Part shown: one piece after another, positions 19,158-28,739 of the stretch
Layout: each line of letters opens with the position of its first letter
How positions within the stretch are numbered: the first letter of the stretch is position 1
Source of the DNA: a virus
Direction: 5' to 3' (one strand)
IMG/VR virus record: IMGVR_UViG_3300028571_002266
Coordinates: 104,479-168,478 of that record
Length of the DNA stretch: 64,000 bases
Notes under the pieces: generated by a model
What the model was told of the DNA's origin: nothing
The model's input: only the letters and a program-made list of their open reading frames with translations
The model's database searches: none
Translations under genes and position numbers: made by a program

Positions 19158-20165
19158 ATGGAACAAAAGAAGTTAAAATATGTCAAGTTTGATAGTCAAA
19201 GGAGATTTGGCGTTGAATTAGAAGTTGGCAATGAGGTCAAAAAGAAAGCTGTTCAATCTGTTATTTCAACTGTTTCCAAGTACAACGCTTATGTTTCTCG
19301 CTATGCTCTTTCCAATAACAATTGTTATTGGCACATAAAGGATGATGCCACCTGTGGATTGAAAGGTCGCAATGGTCCTAAGGGTGTTGAGATTGCTTCT
19401 TTTATAGGAAAAGGAATAGATGATATTGATCATGTATCGTTTGTAAGCTCGAAATTAAACGATATTGGCTGTAAAGCAAATCATAATTGCGGCTTACATG
19501 TTCATGCAGAGGTTTCTGATCTTACCATGGATCAGGTTGCAGTTATTGTTGCTTGTTGGATCAAGATTGAACGATTAATGAGCATGATTTTACCAATAAG
19601 GCGCTATCAAAGTGAACACTGCAAGTTCATGTTTGCGCCATCTTGTAATGATAATGTTTTTGGTTTATGTCGGGAAAAATCATATACTTGTCATGATTTC
19701 TTGGAAGCTGTTTCTCCAAAGAATTTAAGTTATTTCGACAATGATGATAGAAGGTTTAATCTTAATTTGGTTAATTTGGTTCGTGCTGTAAATGACAACA
19801 GTCCAAATCGTCGCACTATTGAATTAAGGTGGCCAGAAGGCACTCTTGAGCCTCGTGACATTCGATGTTGGGTTAAGCTTTTTCTTTTGTTTATTGACAG
19901 TTGCAAAGACAGAAAGATGCCTAAAAATTTGCATCATTGTGGACTTGAAGAGGGATTGCAAATGTTTGGTCTGAGCCATTCAAAAAATATTTTTATTATC
20001 ATGAGCGAATCGATACATGAAACAAAAACATGGTTTTTGGAAAGAATTTTGAATCACAATGGTGACGCTGTTGAATTTTATAAATCTAAAGATGTTTTGA
20101 AGATTGCTAATGAGGCGAAGTTTATTTTGAATCAAATGTGGTCGCCAATTCGCATTTATGAATGA
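19158..20165 (+). CDS. putative amidoligase (COOH-NH2 ligase type 2)
   Basis: RRFGVELE, W.IKDD.T, GVEIAS, NCGLHVH, RRTIELR. Confidence 0.85.
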   Translation: MEQKKLKYVKFDSQRRFGVELEVGNEVKKKAVQSVISTVSKYNAYVSRYALSNNNCYWHIKDDATCGLKGRNGPKGVEIASFIGKGIDDIDHVSFVSSKLNDIGCKANHNCGLHVHAEVSDLTMDQVAVIVACWIKIERLMSMILPIRRYQSEHCKFMFAPSCNDNVFGLCREKSYTCHDFLEAVSPKNLSYFDNDDRRFNLNLVNLVRAVNDNSPNRRTIELRWPEGTLEPRDIRCWVKLFLLFIDSCKDRKMPKNLHHCGLEEGLQMFGLSHSKNIFIIMSESIHETKTWFLERILNHNGDAVEFYKSKDVLKIANEAKFILNQMWSPIRIYE

Positions 20166-20249
20166 TTTTTTCAAAAAAACGGTTGAATGATTTTGATTTT
20201 TACTATATAATTTAACTGCTTAACTTTCAAAAACTTTCGAGGTACTACA

Positions 20250-20792
20250 ATGGCACGAAAAAAACTGATAAAAACAAAAGAAGAAATTGAAATTCTTACG
20301 CTTTCTCATATTGATTTGGCTGATAAAATAGCAAGGATGAATCAAAGCAAATATCCTTATTTTAGTTATGACGAGTTGCAATCAGCTGCATATATGGGTC
20401 TAGTTAAAGCTGCTAATGAATATAATAAAAATAAAAATACTAAATTTTCTACTTTTGCGTTTTCTAAAATTAATTGGTCTATAGTGCAATATGCAATGTT
20501 AGAATCAAAGCGTCTTCCCACAGTTCAGATTGATCCAGATTCGGAAGAACTTTCAATATATTCTTGTGATTATGATGAAAAAGAATTTTATGATGTTCTG
20601 TTAAAGTTTATGGACAAGAGAGAGAAAGAGATTTTTCTGGATTACTATGTTAATGGCAAGAGAATGCACCAAATCGCTGATGAATTGCAATTGGATGAAT
20701 CTAGAATCAGCCAGATAATTAAAAAAATAATTGAAAAAATTCGTATGACATGGAAATATTATGAATTTGAATTATACGAAAGAGCGGCTTAA
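20250..20792 (+). CDS. sigma-70 family factor (FliA/SigB-like, regions 2 and 4)
   Basis: DELQSAAYMGLVKAANEY...KFSTFA; region 4 QIADELQLDESRISQI. Confidence 0.85.
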   Translation: MARKKLIKTKEEIEILTLSHIDLADKIARMNQSKYPYFSYDELQSAAYMGLVKAANEYNKNKNTKFSTFAFSKINWSIVQYAMLESKRLPTVQIDPDSEELSIYSCDYDEKEFYDVLLKFMDKREKEIFLDYYVNGKRMHQIADELQLDESRISQIIKKIIEKIRMTWKYYEFELYERAA

Positions 20793-20821
20793 ATAATTTA
20801 ATCTATGAGTTGGTGAAAATT

Positions 20822-21685
20822 ATGCTTAAAAATTTGTTCTTTATCTTTTTTTCTTTGCAAAATTTGATGGCGCAAGATCAAGCTACTCCTGTCCAAGTGG
20901 AAGCTATTGATCCTCAGATTAAAAATTTGGAATGGAACAGATATACGTCAAAGAATTTCACTGTTTTAAGCATTGACAATCAAAAGGGTAAGGATCTTTC
21001 GGAAACAATTGATTCTTTGAAGTCATCGGTTTTGACTCGATGGGGTTTTCCAGATGTAAAGTTCACGAAGGAGTGCCGTGTTTTTGTTGTACCAGATTAT
21101 GATCTTCTTAAGAATCTTTTTAATCTAAATGCTGGGAAGGTTCAACTCAGAAAAGAACTTAATGTCATTTGGTGTGTTGGCGATGATAAGCCTAATAAAT
21201 CATTATTGCCTTATTTGACACAAGTTTGTTTATATGAATATGAGGTTGCTGAATCAACAACTTTGCCTGTTTGGTTCAAGAGAGGTTGTATTCTTTTGAA
21301 TGGTTCTGTTACTGATGTTCGTCAGGTTCTAAAATCATTCAATGATATTGCAAGAAAAGAACAGTTTACTAATTCTGCTGATCAAATATTCACAACTTCA
21401 GAAGATGATTATAACAAGCAGACAAATGAAAACAAAAAAATATTTGATCAACAGGCTGCTTGTCTTTGTTTGATGTTGAGAAAAGAGTTTGGCGAAGTAA
21501 AGCTTCAAGGTTTTCTTAGATTACAGTCAAAGAATAAGCCTGAAACTGTTTTGGGAATGATTTATGGGTTTAAGAGCTATTCTCAGTTTGATCGACAGTA
21601 TGTTAGATACATGAAAGATCTTTGTGCTGATCTTGCTGACGATCATACTCCTGATTCTTATTTGGAAATCAAATCGGTGAGGTGA
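20822..21685 (+). CDS. secreted peptidase-MA-like protein lacking HExxH
   Basis: signal peptide; YTSKNFTV and LPVWFKRG motifs. Confidence 0.45.
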   Translation: MLKNLFFIFFSLQNLMAQDQATPVQVEAIDPQIKNLEWNRYTSKNFTVLSIDNQKGKDLSETIDSLKSSVLTRWGFPDVKFTKECRVFVVPDYDLLKNLFNLNAGKVQLRKELNVIWCVGDDKPNKSLLPYLTQVCLYEYEVAESTTLPVWFKRGCILLNGSVTDVRQVLKSFNDIARKEQFTNSADQIFTTSEDDYNKQTNENKKIFDQQAACLCLMLRKEFGEVKLQGFLRLQSKNKPETVLGMIYGFKSYSQFDRQYVRYMKDLCADLADDHTPDSYLEIKSVR

Positions 21686-21689
21686 TGTC

Positions 21690-21992
21690 ATGTTTTTTAT
21701 AATTTCTTGGATTCTGTTCGGTCTTATTGTTGGTTATATTGCTAAGTCTTTGCACCCCGGAGACGAGCCTATTGGTTATCTTCCAACATTGGGAATTGGA
21801 GTGGCTGGTTCATTTGTTGGTGGTACAATTAATTTCTTGTTAGGAATGGGTCATCAGTCATTCCAGACTTCTGGTTTGATAATGTCGGTTTTGGGCGGTG
21901 TTGTGTGTTGTGCAGCTTGGAGATATTACAAACTTAAAACTTCTTTGTCTGGTCCAAAGAGTTTTATAAGTGGTCGTTCAAAAAACGATTAA
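21690..21992 (+). CDS. GlsB/YeaQ/YmgE (transglycosylase-associated) membrane protein
   Basis: ISWILFGLIVGYIAKSLHPG...TLGIGVAGSFVGG. Confidence 0.85.
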   Translation: MFFIISWILFGLIVGYIAKSLHPGDEPIGYLPTLGIGVAGSFVGGTINFLLGMGHQSFQTSGLIMSVLGGVVCCAAWRYYKLKTSLSGPKSFISGRSKND

Positions 21993-22003
21993 GTTTAAGA
22001 GAT

Positions 22004-22032
22004 TTGATTAATGAAAAGCTGATGGATACAAT
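22004..22032 (+). promoter_or_regulatory. sigma-70 promoter, leaderless
   Basis: TTGATT-17bp-TACAAT, ATG 22038 only 5 nt later. Confidence 0.55.
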
Positions 22033-22037
22033 TTATT

Positions 22038-22262
22038 ATGCTTGATGAAAAAATTGTAGATAAGCTTAGAAAAAAATATTCAGATTTGCATCCGCTCCTG
22101 TTTCAGCGTTCAGTTGAGCGTGCAAAGAGTAATGGTGATCTTTTTGACATCGTTGATACGGTGCCTGACAAATATCCTTTGTCATGGGACGAAAAGGAAA
22201 ATAGGTGGTCTTTATTGGTTGACCCCTATATTGTGCAACAATTTCTCAATGACTTTAATTAG
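22038..22262 (+). CDS. hypothetical protein
   Basis: ORF behind promoter. Confidence 0.6.
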   Translation: MLDEKIVDKLRKKYSDLHPLLFQRSVERAKSNGDLFDIVDTVPDKYPLSWDEKENRWSLLVDPYIVQQFLNDFN

Positions 22263-22270
22263 TAAAAAAT

Positions 22271-22933
22271 ATGCGTTTATATGAAGAATATTTCAAAAGG
22301 CATCAAATAAGAGATGTGCCGTTGGTACATCATAATGCAAATTCTTGTGTTTTTTTCAAATGTAGAGATAATCATATTTGGTCAGATATTCTTGGCCAAC
22401 CTTCATTTTATACTGCAAGTAACGCAACTCCATCTTTTGGCATATTTGAAGTAAAATGGGTTTATAGTGATCATCATCCGGGTCATTATGAGGCTGCAAT
22501 ACATTATCAAATTCCTGATGGTCATGTAAAAGATCAGGTTTTTGGAATTCATCATATCACAACAATAAGATGGAGCGAATACGAAAGTTTCGTTTATCAT
22601 TTTTGTAAAAAATTAACTTCAGTCAATCTTATTCGTGATAAAGATTTAGCTTTTATCACAGGATGGGAAATGTTTGTAAGTTCATATGATAGTTTTTTAC
22701 AAAAACAAAGTGGAGATATAAAATATCTTTTATTTCAAACACTCGATGATGAAAATTCAAATGAAACAAGAATTGCATATATTTCTGAAATATTAAGGAA
22801 ATTTTCTTGTTTTAGCCCTATGGTCTTACGGAACTGGAAGAATGAAGTGTTAAATAAGGTGCAGAATCATTCAAATTGGCTTGTGAATATAATTGATAAA
22901 CATGCAAAAGAACTATTGCCCAATAAGGATTAA
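22271..22933 (+). CDS. hypothetical protein
   Basis: ORF track. Confidence 0.6.
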   Translation: MRLYEEYFKRHQIRDVPLVHHNANSCVFFKCRDNHIWSDILGQPSFYTASNATPSFGIFEVKWVYSDHHPGHYEAAIHYQIPDGHVKDQVFGIHHITTIRWSEYESFVYHFCKKLTSVNLIRDKDLAFITGWEMFVSSYDSFLQKQSGDIKYLLFQTLDDENSNETRIAYISEILRKFSCFSPMVLRNWKNEVLNKVQNHSNWLVNIIDKHAKELLPNKD

Positions 22934-23747
22934 AAATCCTAATTCAAAAAATTCTTTGGTTCGCCTTCTTGCGGGTCAAAAAATGCACGTCATATTTAAT
23001 GATAAATCTTTTCAAGATTACAAACTTGATCTGAGTGGTTCATTCTTGTCAGTCGAAGAAGTAACAGAGGTTCCTGATGGATGGATGGTTTCCGTAGCCC
23101 AAAAAACAGAGATTATCAAGTATTTTGAAAGCACTCTTTACCTTGGAGGAGTGAATTTATTTGATGGTAAAAATCAACACAAAGCTTCTCTTTGTGTTGT
23201 CAGCAATAATGAAAATAATGATTATCTTAGAGTCATCAATCCTCGTAACATTACATGCAACATTACACCCGATCAGGTTCTTGATGTAGTCTTTTATGGC
23301 AGCATGAATGAAAGATGGAACGCTTATCCATCAGGAAAAGATATTTGCGTTGAAATGCTTCAACATTACACTAGAGGCAGTAAGAACATTTGTTCTGAAG
23401 GATGTGGTGAAAAGCCATCAATAGAACATTTTTTTCGTTTTAGATTTGATCGCAAAAGCATTAATTATCTTTCTGATTTACCTTATGCAAAACATGATGG
23501 TGGTCATATACTTTTTGTTAATTCAAATAATGAAAGATCAATCCTAAAAATTACATGTAGTTGGCGTGGTAAAAGTTCAATTTATAAAGCTTTGCTTTTG
23601 CCAAGAATACCATTTGCGAATAATAATACAATTGGTAGAAAACAAGCAAAACAATGCCTTCGTTCTTCTGTTGTGATTGAGAAGATAGAATCGAATGTTT
23701 TAGAATCAGGATGCAATGTCTTATTGTCAAAGGTGTCAGAAAAATGA
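22893..23747 (+). CDS. hypothetical protein
   Basis: ORF track. Confidence 0.6.
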   Translation: MINMQKNYCPIRIKNPNSKNSLVRLLAGQKMHVIFNDKSFQDYKLDLSGSFLSVEEVTEVPDGWMVSVAQKTEIIKYFESTLYLGGVNLFDGKNQHKASLCVVSNNENNDYLRVINPRNITCNITPDQVLDVVFYGSMNERWNAYPSGKDICVEMLQHYTRGSKNICSEGCGEKPSIEHFFRFRFDRKSINYLSDLPYAKHDGGHILFVNSNNERSILKITCSWRGKSSIYKALLLPRIPFANNNTIGRKQAKQCLRSSVVIEKIESNVLESGCNVLLSKVSEK

Positions 23748-24415
23748 AGAAACAAGACAAAGATATATTCTTGCCTACTAAAGATATAACTTTGATTTAT
23801 TGCAGCCCTCCTGTTGGAAGCTTTGCTGTTGAAAAAGAAAAGAATAAATTGACACAATGGGATCATTGTCGTGAACAGTTTGCCACAAAATTTGATGATA
23901 AAATAGTTGGTTTTTATTTTTCACACAAGGCCGAAAAAGCAGAAGATGTTGTTGCATTTGTTCATAAGTTTGAAAACATTGTTCAAAAAAGCAAGACTTG
24001 TCCAAACCTGAAATTCTCTGATTTTGGCTTGACATCTGTTCCCCATATTTTATACATTGAACCATCAAATTTTTGGAAAGATTGTTTTTTCAAAAGATCA
24101 TTGTTTACTTTGGTATTGCGCTGTGGACAAAACTATTCAATCAAAGATGATAATTTCGATGATGCTCTTTTTGGATATCAACATAAAGAATCAAATTTAA
24201 TGATAGAGACAAAACCTGCTGTCATGAGGTTTATGTTCGGTTTCACAAAATACACAGGTATAAGTCCAGTTATTGGACAAGCAAATATAATGAAACATGG
24301 ATGGAAAGAAGAATTTCATAAGCTCGATGAAGCAGAAATAAAAAACAGACTTGTATTGCCTGATGGAGTCAAGAAATCTTCTAACATAGTCGGATCTGAA
24401 TCTATTTGGAATTAG
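23744..24415 (+). CDS. hypothetical protein
   Basis: ATGA overlap with upstream stop. Confidence 0.6.
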   Translation: MKKQDKDIFLPTKDITLIYCSPPVGSFAVEKEKNKLTQWDHCREQFATKFDDKIVGFYFSHKAEKAEDVVAFVHKFENIVQKSKTCPNLKFSDFGLTSVPHILYIEPSNFWKDCFFKRSLFTLVLRCGQNYSIKDDNFDDALFGYQHKESNLMIETKPAVMRFMFGFTKYTGISPVIGQANIMKHGWKEEFHKLDEAEIKNRLVLPDGVKKSSNIVGSESIWN

Positions 24416-24428
24416 AGGCAATCAAAAA

Positions 24429-25199
24429 ATGTGGCACTTTATTGCAGATCCCCATTTTGGTCATTCCAACATAATTAAGTATTGCAAAAGACCATTCCTT
24501 TCAGAAGAAGAAATGAATGTTTGCGAAATGATTAATCATGGAACTATACCTCATACAGATTTCAAGGTAAGTAAGTCATCTGTTGATCTTATGGACGCAA
24601 CCATAATTCACAACATCAATGCTGTTGTCGAAAAAAATGATAATCTTGTCATCCTTGGTGACTTCACATGTAATTCTGACAAGAAAGAAATTAAGGATTA
24701 TCGTGAAAGAATTAAATGTAAGAATGTTTATTTGATTCTTGGCAATCACGATGAAAGAAAAGAATGTTCTGATTTTTTTACTGCCTGTTACGAAAATTAT
24801 CTTTTCAATATCAATGGACAAAATATTTTTACAAGTCATTATCCGGCAAGATCATGGAATAAGGCTAATCGTGGATCATGGATGCTTTACGGTCATGTTC
24901 ATAATGGTTTTTACAACGAAGATCATGGAATGCTTTCAAGATATGATGAAAAAGTTTATACAGAAGGATTTTCCTCAGTATTGAAAAGATATGGAATCAA
25001 AAATCAAAAAATTGTTGAGGATTTGCTTGCAGTCTCATCTTCGACAAAAGGCATAGATCTGACTCTTGATGTTGGAGTCGATCATATTCGTAAGAATGTT
25101 CCTTTTGGAACACCATGGAACATGAATGACATCAGAAAATATATGCAAGACAAATTGACATCTTGGTCTGCAAGAAAAGCAATGTATAAGATGCTATAA
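24429..25199 (+). CDS. calcineurin-like metallophosphoesterase
   Basis: DPHFGH, LGDF, GNHD, SHYP, GHVH, DVGVD. Confidence 0.9.
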   Translation: MWHFIADPHFGHSNIIKYCKRPFLSEEEMNVCEMINHGTIPHTDFKVSKSSVDLMDATIIHNINAVVEKNDNLVILGDFTCNSDKKEIKDYRERIKCKNVYLILGNHDERKECSDFFTACYENYLFNINGQNIFTSHYPARSWNKANRGSWMLYGHVHNGFYNEDHGMLSRYDEKVYTEGFSSVLKRYGIKNQKIVEDLLAVSSSTKGIDLTLDVGVDHIRKNVPFGTPWNMNDIRKYMQDKLTSWSARKAMYKML

Positions 25200-25218
25200 A
25201 AATATAATTTGTTTGGAC

Positions 25219-25298
25219 TTTACATTCACATTTTTTCCATGTAGGATTCTGAGCGTGCTTCAAAAGCACAGGGTTGTTGCGATCCTGATACTCGCAAC
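25219..25298 (+). promoter_or_regulatory. sigma-70 promoter with two-hairpin 5' leader
   Basis: TTTACA-17bp-TAGGAT; hairpins GTGCTT/AAGCAC and GTTGCGA/TCGCAAC. Confidence 0.55.
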
Positions 25299-25319
25299 TT
25301 TCTGGTAAGGAAATGCCAC

Positions 25320-25667
25320 ATGTCTAGGAACTTGATTGTTTTGGTTCTTGTCTTGGTTGTTGGTTCAAGTGTTGAAGCTGGACCTTTCGGCGTTTTTAGC
25401 CGTAAAACAAATAGTCGTCCAGCCACAACAACCAATCGTCCTATTGTCAATGCATTTTTGGGAAGCGCACAGGGAGTCGCCAACCATATGGCCTCAATAG
25501 GAAGAATAGGGCATTTTGGCGGAAACAGCGGCAAAGAAGGAGTAGGCATGGCTTCTAGTCCTCAAGCTGCTATTCGCAACTGCTGCTATTACGGCCAGTA
25601 CCCAGTTCGTGATCATGGTGTCGCACAAGGATCTAATGGCATGTGGTATGCTTGCTGCCGCTATTGA
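25320..25667 (+). CDS. secreted Cys-containing protein (planctomycete-type, CAP-like)
   Basis: signal peptide; AQGVA..MA...H.GG...EGVG...A..NCCY...WYACCRY. Confidence 0.6.
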   Translation: MSRNLIVLVLVLVVGSSVEAGPFGVFSRKTNSRPATTTNRPIVNAFLGSAQGVANHMASIGRIGHFGGNSGKEGVGMASSPQAAIRNCCYYGQYPVRDHGVAQGSNGMWYACCRY

Positions 25668-25690
25668 TCTATATCAATAATAATTAATTT

Positions 25691-25725
25691 GAAACCGGAA
25701 CAGTAATTGTTCCGGTTTCTTTTTT
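25691..25725 (+). terminator. intrinsic terminator
   Basis: GAAACCGGAACA-loop-TGTTCCGGTTTC plus T tract. Confidence 0.8.
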
Positions 25726-25763
25726 CTCCCACTATATTATCATGTTGGTCAAAGGGAGAAAAA

Positions 25764-26573
25764 ATGGAACCTAGATTTTTTGTTAATCAGAGAGTTGTAT
25801 TTCAAAACCAGAATGCTGTTATTCTATCTCACATTGCAAATTCTGATGGTACAAATAAATATTACTGTCAAGTTGGAGAAGCTGAACTCACAATGTGGAT
25901 TCTTGAAAAGGACTTGAGCGAGGGAATTCCGAAAGGATCGCCACCTCTCAACTTCAACAGGAGAACACCTCATTTAATTATTGTCGATGATTTTTATAAA
26001 AATCCTGATGAAATTCGTGCTTTTGCTATGGAACAAGATTTTGTTGCTGATAATAGATTTTATAAGGGCAAGAGAACTAAAGAAAGATTCCTTTGGCCTT
26101 TCGTTAAAGAAGAATTTGAGCGTGTTTTAGGAAGACCAATTGTCGATTGGCTCAATCAGCCTGCCAATGGTTGCTTCCAAATAACAGGCTATAATGATCC
26201 ACTTGTCTATCACAGCGATGCTCAAAGCTATGCAGCAGCAATTTACTTGACTCCATTTGCGCCACCATCTGCTGGCACAAGCTTCTGGAGAGACAATAAA
26301 TATCATTCTCGTCGCCCAACAAATCATCCTTTGGAATTTGATAGATTCCAAAACGATGAACAACGCAGAGCGGCTAATGAAGAAATTTATAATGACTACA
26401 ACATCCTACATCCAGATAACTGGGAATTAGTTGATAAGGTTGGAGCCATTTATAACAGATTGGCAATTTGGGACGCAAAGATGATTCACTCAGCAAGTAC
26501 CTATGAAGGACTTCAAAGTGATGTTGTTGACAAAGCAAGAATGGTTCAACTTTTCTTCTTTACTGTTAAGTAA
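25764..26573 (+). CDS. DUF6445-like 2OG-Fe(II) oxygenase
   Basis: IIVDDFYKNPDEIR.FA, YHSD, IYLTP, GTSFW, YNRL, HS, QLFFF. Confidence 0.75.
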   Translation: MEPRFFVNQRVVFQNQNAVILSHIANSDGTNKYYCQVGEAELTMWILEKDLSEGIPKGSPPLNFNRRTPHLIIVDDFYKNPDEIRAFAMEQDFVADNRFYKGKRTKERFLWPFVKEEFERVLGRPIVDWLNQPANGCFQITGYNDPLVYHSDAQSYAAAIYLTPFAPPSAGTSFWRDNKYHSRRPTNHPLEFDRFQNDEQRRAANEEIYNDYNILHPDNWELVDKVGAIYNRLAIWDAKMIHSASTYEGLQSDVVDKARMVQLFFFTVK

Positions 26574-26597
26574 AGCTTTTGGTAATATTTTTATATT

Positions 26598-26631
26598 AAA
26601 ATATCTCTCTTTGCGGAGAGATATTTTTTTT
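26598..26631 (+). terminator. intrinsic terminator
   Basis: AAAATATCTCTC-loop-GAGAGATATTTT plus T tract. Confidence 0.7.
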
Positions 26632-26674
26632 ATCATATATAATATAAGATAAAATTTTCCGTAGAGGAGTTTTC

Positions 26675-27388
26675 GTGGAAAATAAAGAAGAAGTCATTGC
26701 ACAAGTTGAACTAATTCATTCTGACACATTAGCAGATCAGAGCATTGGAGACACGCCAATTAAATGGGATAGTTGCATGGGCGATCCCACAGCAGTTGTA
26801 AATGCCGAATTTGATGGCGATAATTTTACTGCATATTATGATTCCATAAATAATGGTGTTTATTTAACAGAAGCCACGGCTGATACAAAAGGCTCCCTTT
26901 ATTGGGATAAAGATTTTGATTATACCAAAAACATTTATATTTCTGGTACATTTCTTGCTGGAGGAGAAGGATCAGTAGAGACTGATGGAGACGGAATAAC
27001 TGTTTTTTTTGGTGTAGATGATAGTCTAACAGTTTCAAGTGATGCAACAAATGGAATAGCTGTATTTTTTGATGAATTTAATGACGATGTTGTTAAAGTA
27101 TACAAAAATGGAGTCTTGATTGACACAACATTTTACACAAATTTGACGTTAGATGATCTTCAGTGGAGAAAATTTGAAATTATTTATGAATATGTAAGTG
27201 ATTCAAGCGCCTTTGTTCAAGTCCAAATAGATAATGTATATGTTTGTCGTGTTGATGTTGGGTCTTGGGTAGGTGACGCAGGAACATATGTCGGCGCAAG
27301 CGGTTGGTGTGGTACAGCAGATAATGAACACCTATGCAAATCATTTGATGTGAAAAGCGCAACTCCTTGGCTAAAACTAAATAGATAA
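26675..27388 (+). CDS. concanavalin A/legume-lectin-fold protein (paralog 1)
   Basis: LT.A....GSLYW, GDGITVFF, YVGASG; paralogous to the next two genes. Confidence 0.6.
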   Translation: MENKEEVIAQVELIHSDTLADQSIGDTPIKWDSCMGDPTAVVNAEFDGDNFTAYYDSINNGVYLTEATADTKGSLYWDKDFDYTKNIYISGTFLAGGEGSVETDGDGITVFFGVDDSLTVSSDATNGIAVFFDEFNDDVVKVYKNGVLIDTTFYTNLTLDDLQWRKFEIIYEYVSDSSAFVQVQIDNVYVCRVDVGSWVGDAGTYVGASGWCGTADNEHLCKSFDVKSATPWLKLNR

Positions 27389-27407
27389 TTCGATAAAGGA
27401 ATAAATT

Positions 27408-28739
27408 ATGGAAAATAATCAAGAAGTCACTGCTCAAGGCGGCAGAATTGGTCATCGCAGTGGAAAAAGCAATCGTGATCCGCTTCTTTCTGTCAATATT
27501 GGAGCACCAAAAATATTTTGGAATGCTTGCCAAGGCGCTCCTTCGGATGCATTCTCTCAAGGAGATGCATCATACGATGATCATAATACAGGTTTAATTC
27601 TTACTCCTAATAGTGCCGACCAATCTGGTACGGTTTACTGGAATAGACCATATGATCTGACAAAAGATGTTTATATTAAAGGAACATTTCTAGCTGGACT
27701 TGGAACTGGTGGCAATAATTGTGGAATTTATTTCTGCGGCGTTTATGTTTATTTTAATGACACAGATAATTCCATATATGTAGAAACAAGTGAATTTACT
27801 AGCGAGGGTTATGTTTCTGGTGATATTCTTGGCGATGCCACTTGGCGTACTTTTGAAGTTATTTATGAATACAAGACAAGCGATGTGAGATATGTAACAG
27901 TTTTAATGAACGGAAAACATATTTGCAGAGTAGATATTGGTGGCGGATATATCACTGATGCTAATATTGGAGTATTTGCCAACACAGCAGTTTTAACCAA
28001 TATTCATTATTGCAAGTCTTTTGAAGTAAGAAGCGCAATTCCTTGGCTGACAATAAATGTACCAAAAATTCTAAAGAAAAGAGATGGAATTTACATACTC
28101 ATCAATGACACTTATGTTGACTATGTTGCTGATCCTATGGGCGGTAATGCTTATGAAGCCAATAATATTATGGCATACTTGGATGCTAACACCATCGCTT
28201 ATGAAACATTTTCAGATATATCAGAATCTGGATGGAATAGTGTGGTTTATGAAATCAGTTATGGCTATGTTGTTATTCCCGAAATTGAAAAGGCTGACAT
28301 TTTGCCAGACATGAGTGCAGGCGCTAAAAGTGCAGTAAATAATTTTGTTTCTAATGGCGGCAGACTGTTAATGTTTGCCCCTGACAATGGAGATGTGATT
28401 CCTTTCTTGAACGATATATTTAGCTTTAGTATCATCAGTGGTGGAGAGGGTGGCGTTAGTGAGCCAATAAGTCTCACAGTCGCTGGTTCTGCTCTTTTCC
28501 CAAGTGAAAGCCCTACTATTCCAAATTCAAATAATACTAGTTATTTGGAAACCTCTACTTTGCCAGCAGAGTCTGTGACAATTTACGAAGGAAGTGGTGC
28601 GAATGAATCTGTAGTGACAATGATTCCATATGGTTCTGGAAAAATATATGTCCTTGGTTGGGATTGGTATGATGCTTCTCCGCTAGGTGGCGAAGATGGT
28701 GGTTGGCTAAGTTTGCTTGAGTCTATTTTGCAATCTTGA
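27408..28739 (+). CDS. lectin-fold protein (paralog 2) with extra C-terminal alpha/beta domain
   Basis: shared WRTFEVIYEY and HYCKSFEVRSAIPWL motifs; tail with NFVSNGGRLL and YGSGKIYVLG (GATase1-like). Confidence 0.6.
   Translation: MENNQEVTAQGGRIGHRSGKSNRDPLLSVNIGAPKIFWNACQGAPSDAFSQGDASYDDHNTGLILTPNSADQSGTVYWNRPYDLTKDVYIKGTFLAGLGTGGNNCGIYFCGVYVYFNDTDNSIYVETSEFTSEGYVSGDILGDATWRTFEVIYEYKTSDVRYVTVLMNGKHICRVDIGGGYITDANIGVFANTAVLTNIHYCKSFEVRSAIPWLTINVPKILKKRDGIYILINDTYVDYVADPMGGNAYEANNIMAYLDANTIAYETFSDISESGWNSVVYEISYGYVVIPEIEKADILPDMSAGAKSAVNNFVSNGGRLLMFAPDNGDVIPFLNDIFSFSIISGGEGGVSEPISLTVAGSALFPSESPTIPNSNNTSYLETSTLPAESVTIYEGSGANESVVTMIPYGSGKIYVLGWDWYDASPLGGEDGGWLSLLESILQS

Noticed and set aside
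25242-25290. Pseudoknot between TAGGAT and the ATCCTG loop
   Set aside because: TAGGAT is the -10 box (17 bp from TTTACA), so it would not be transcribed.
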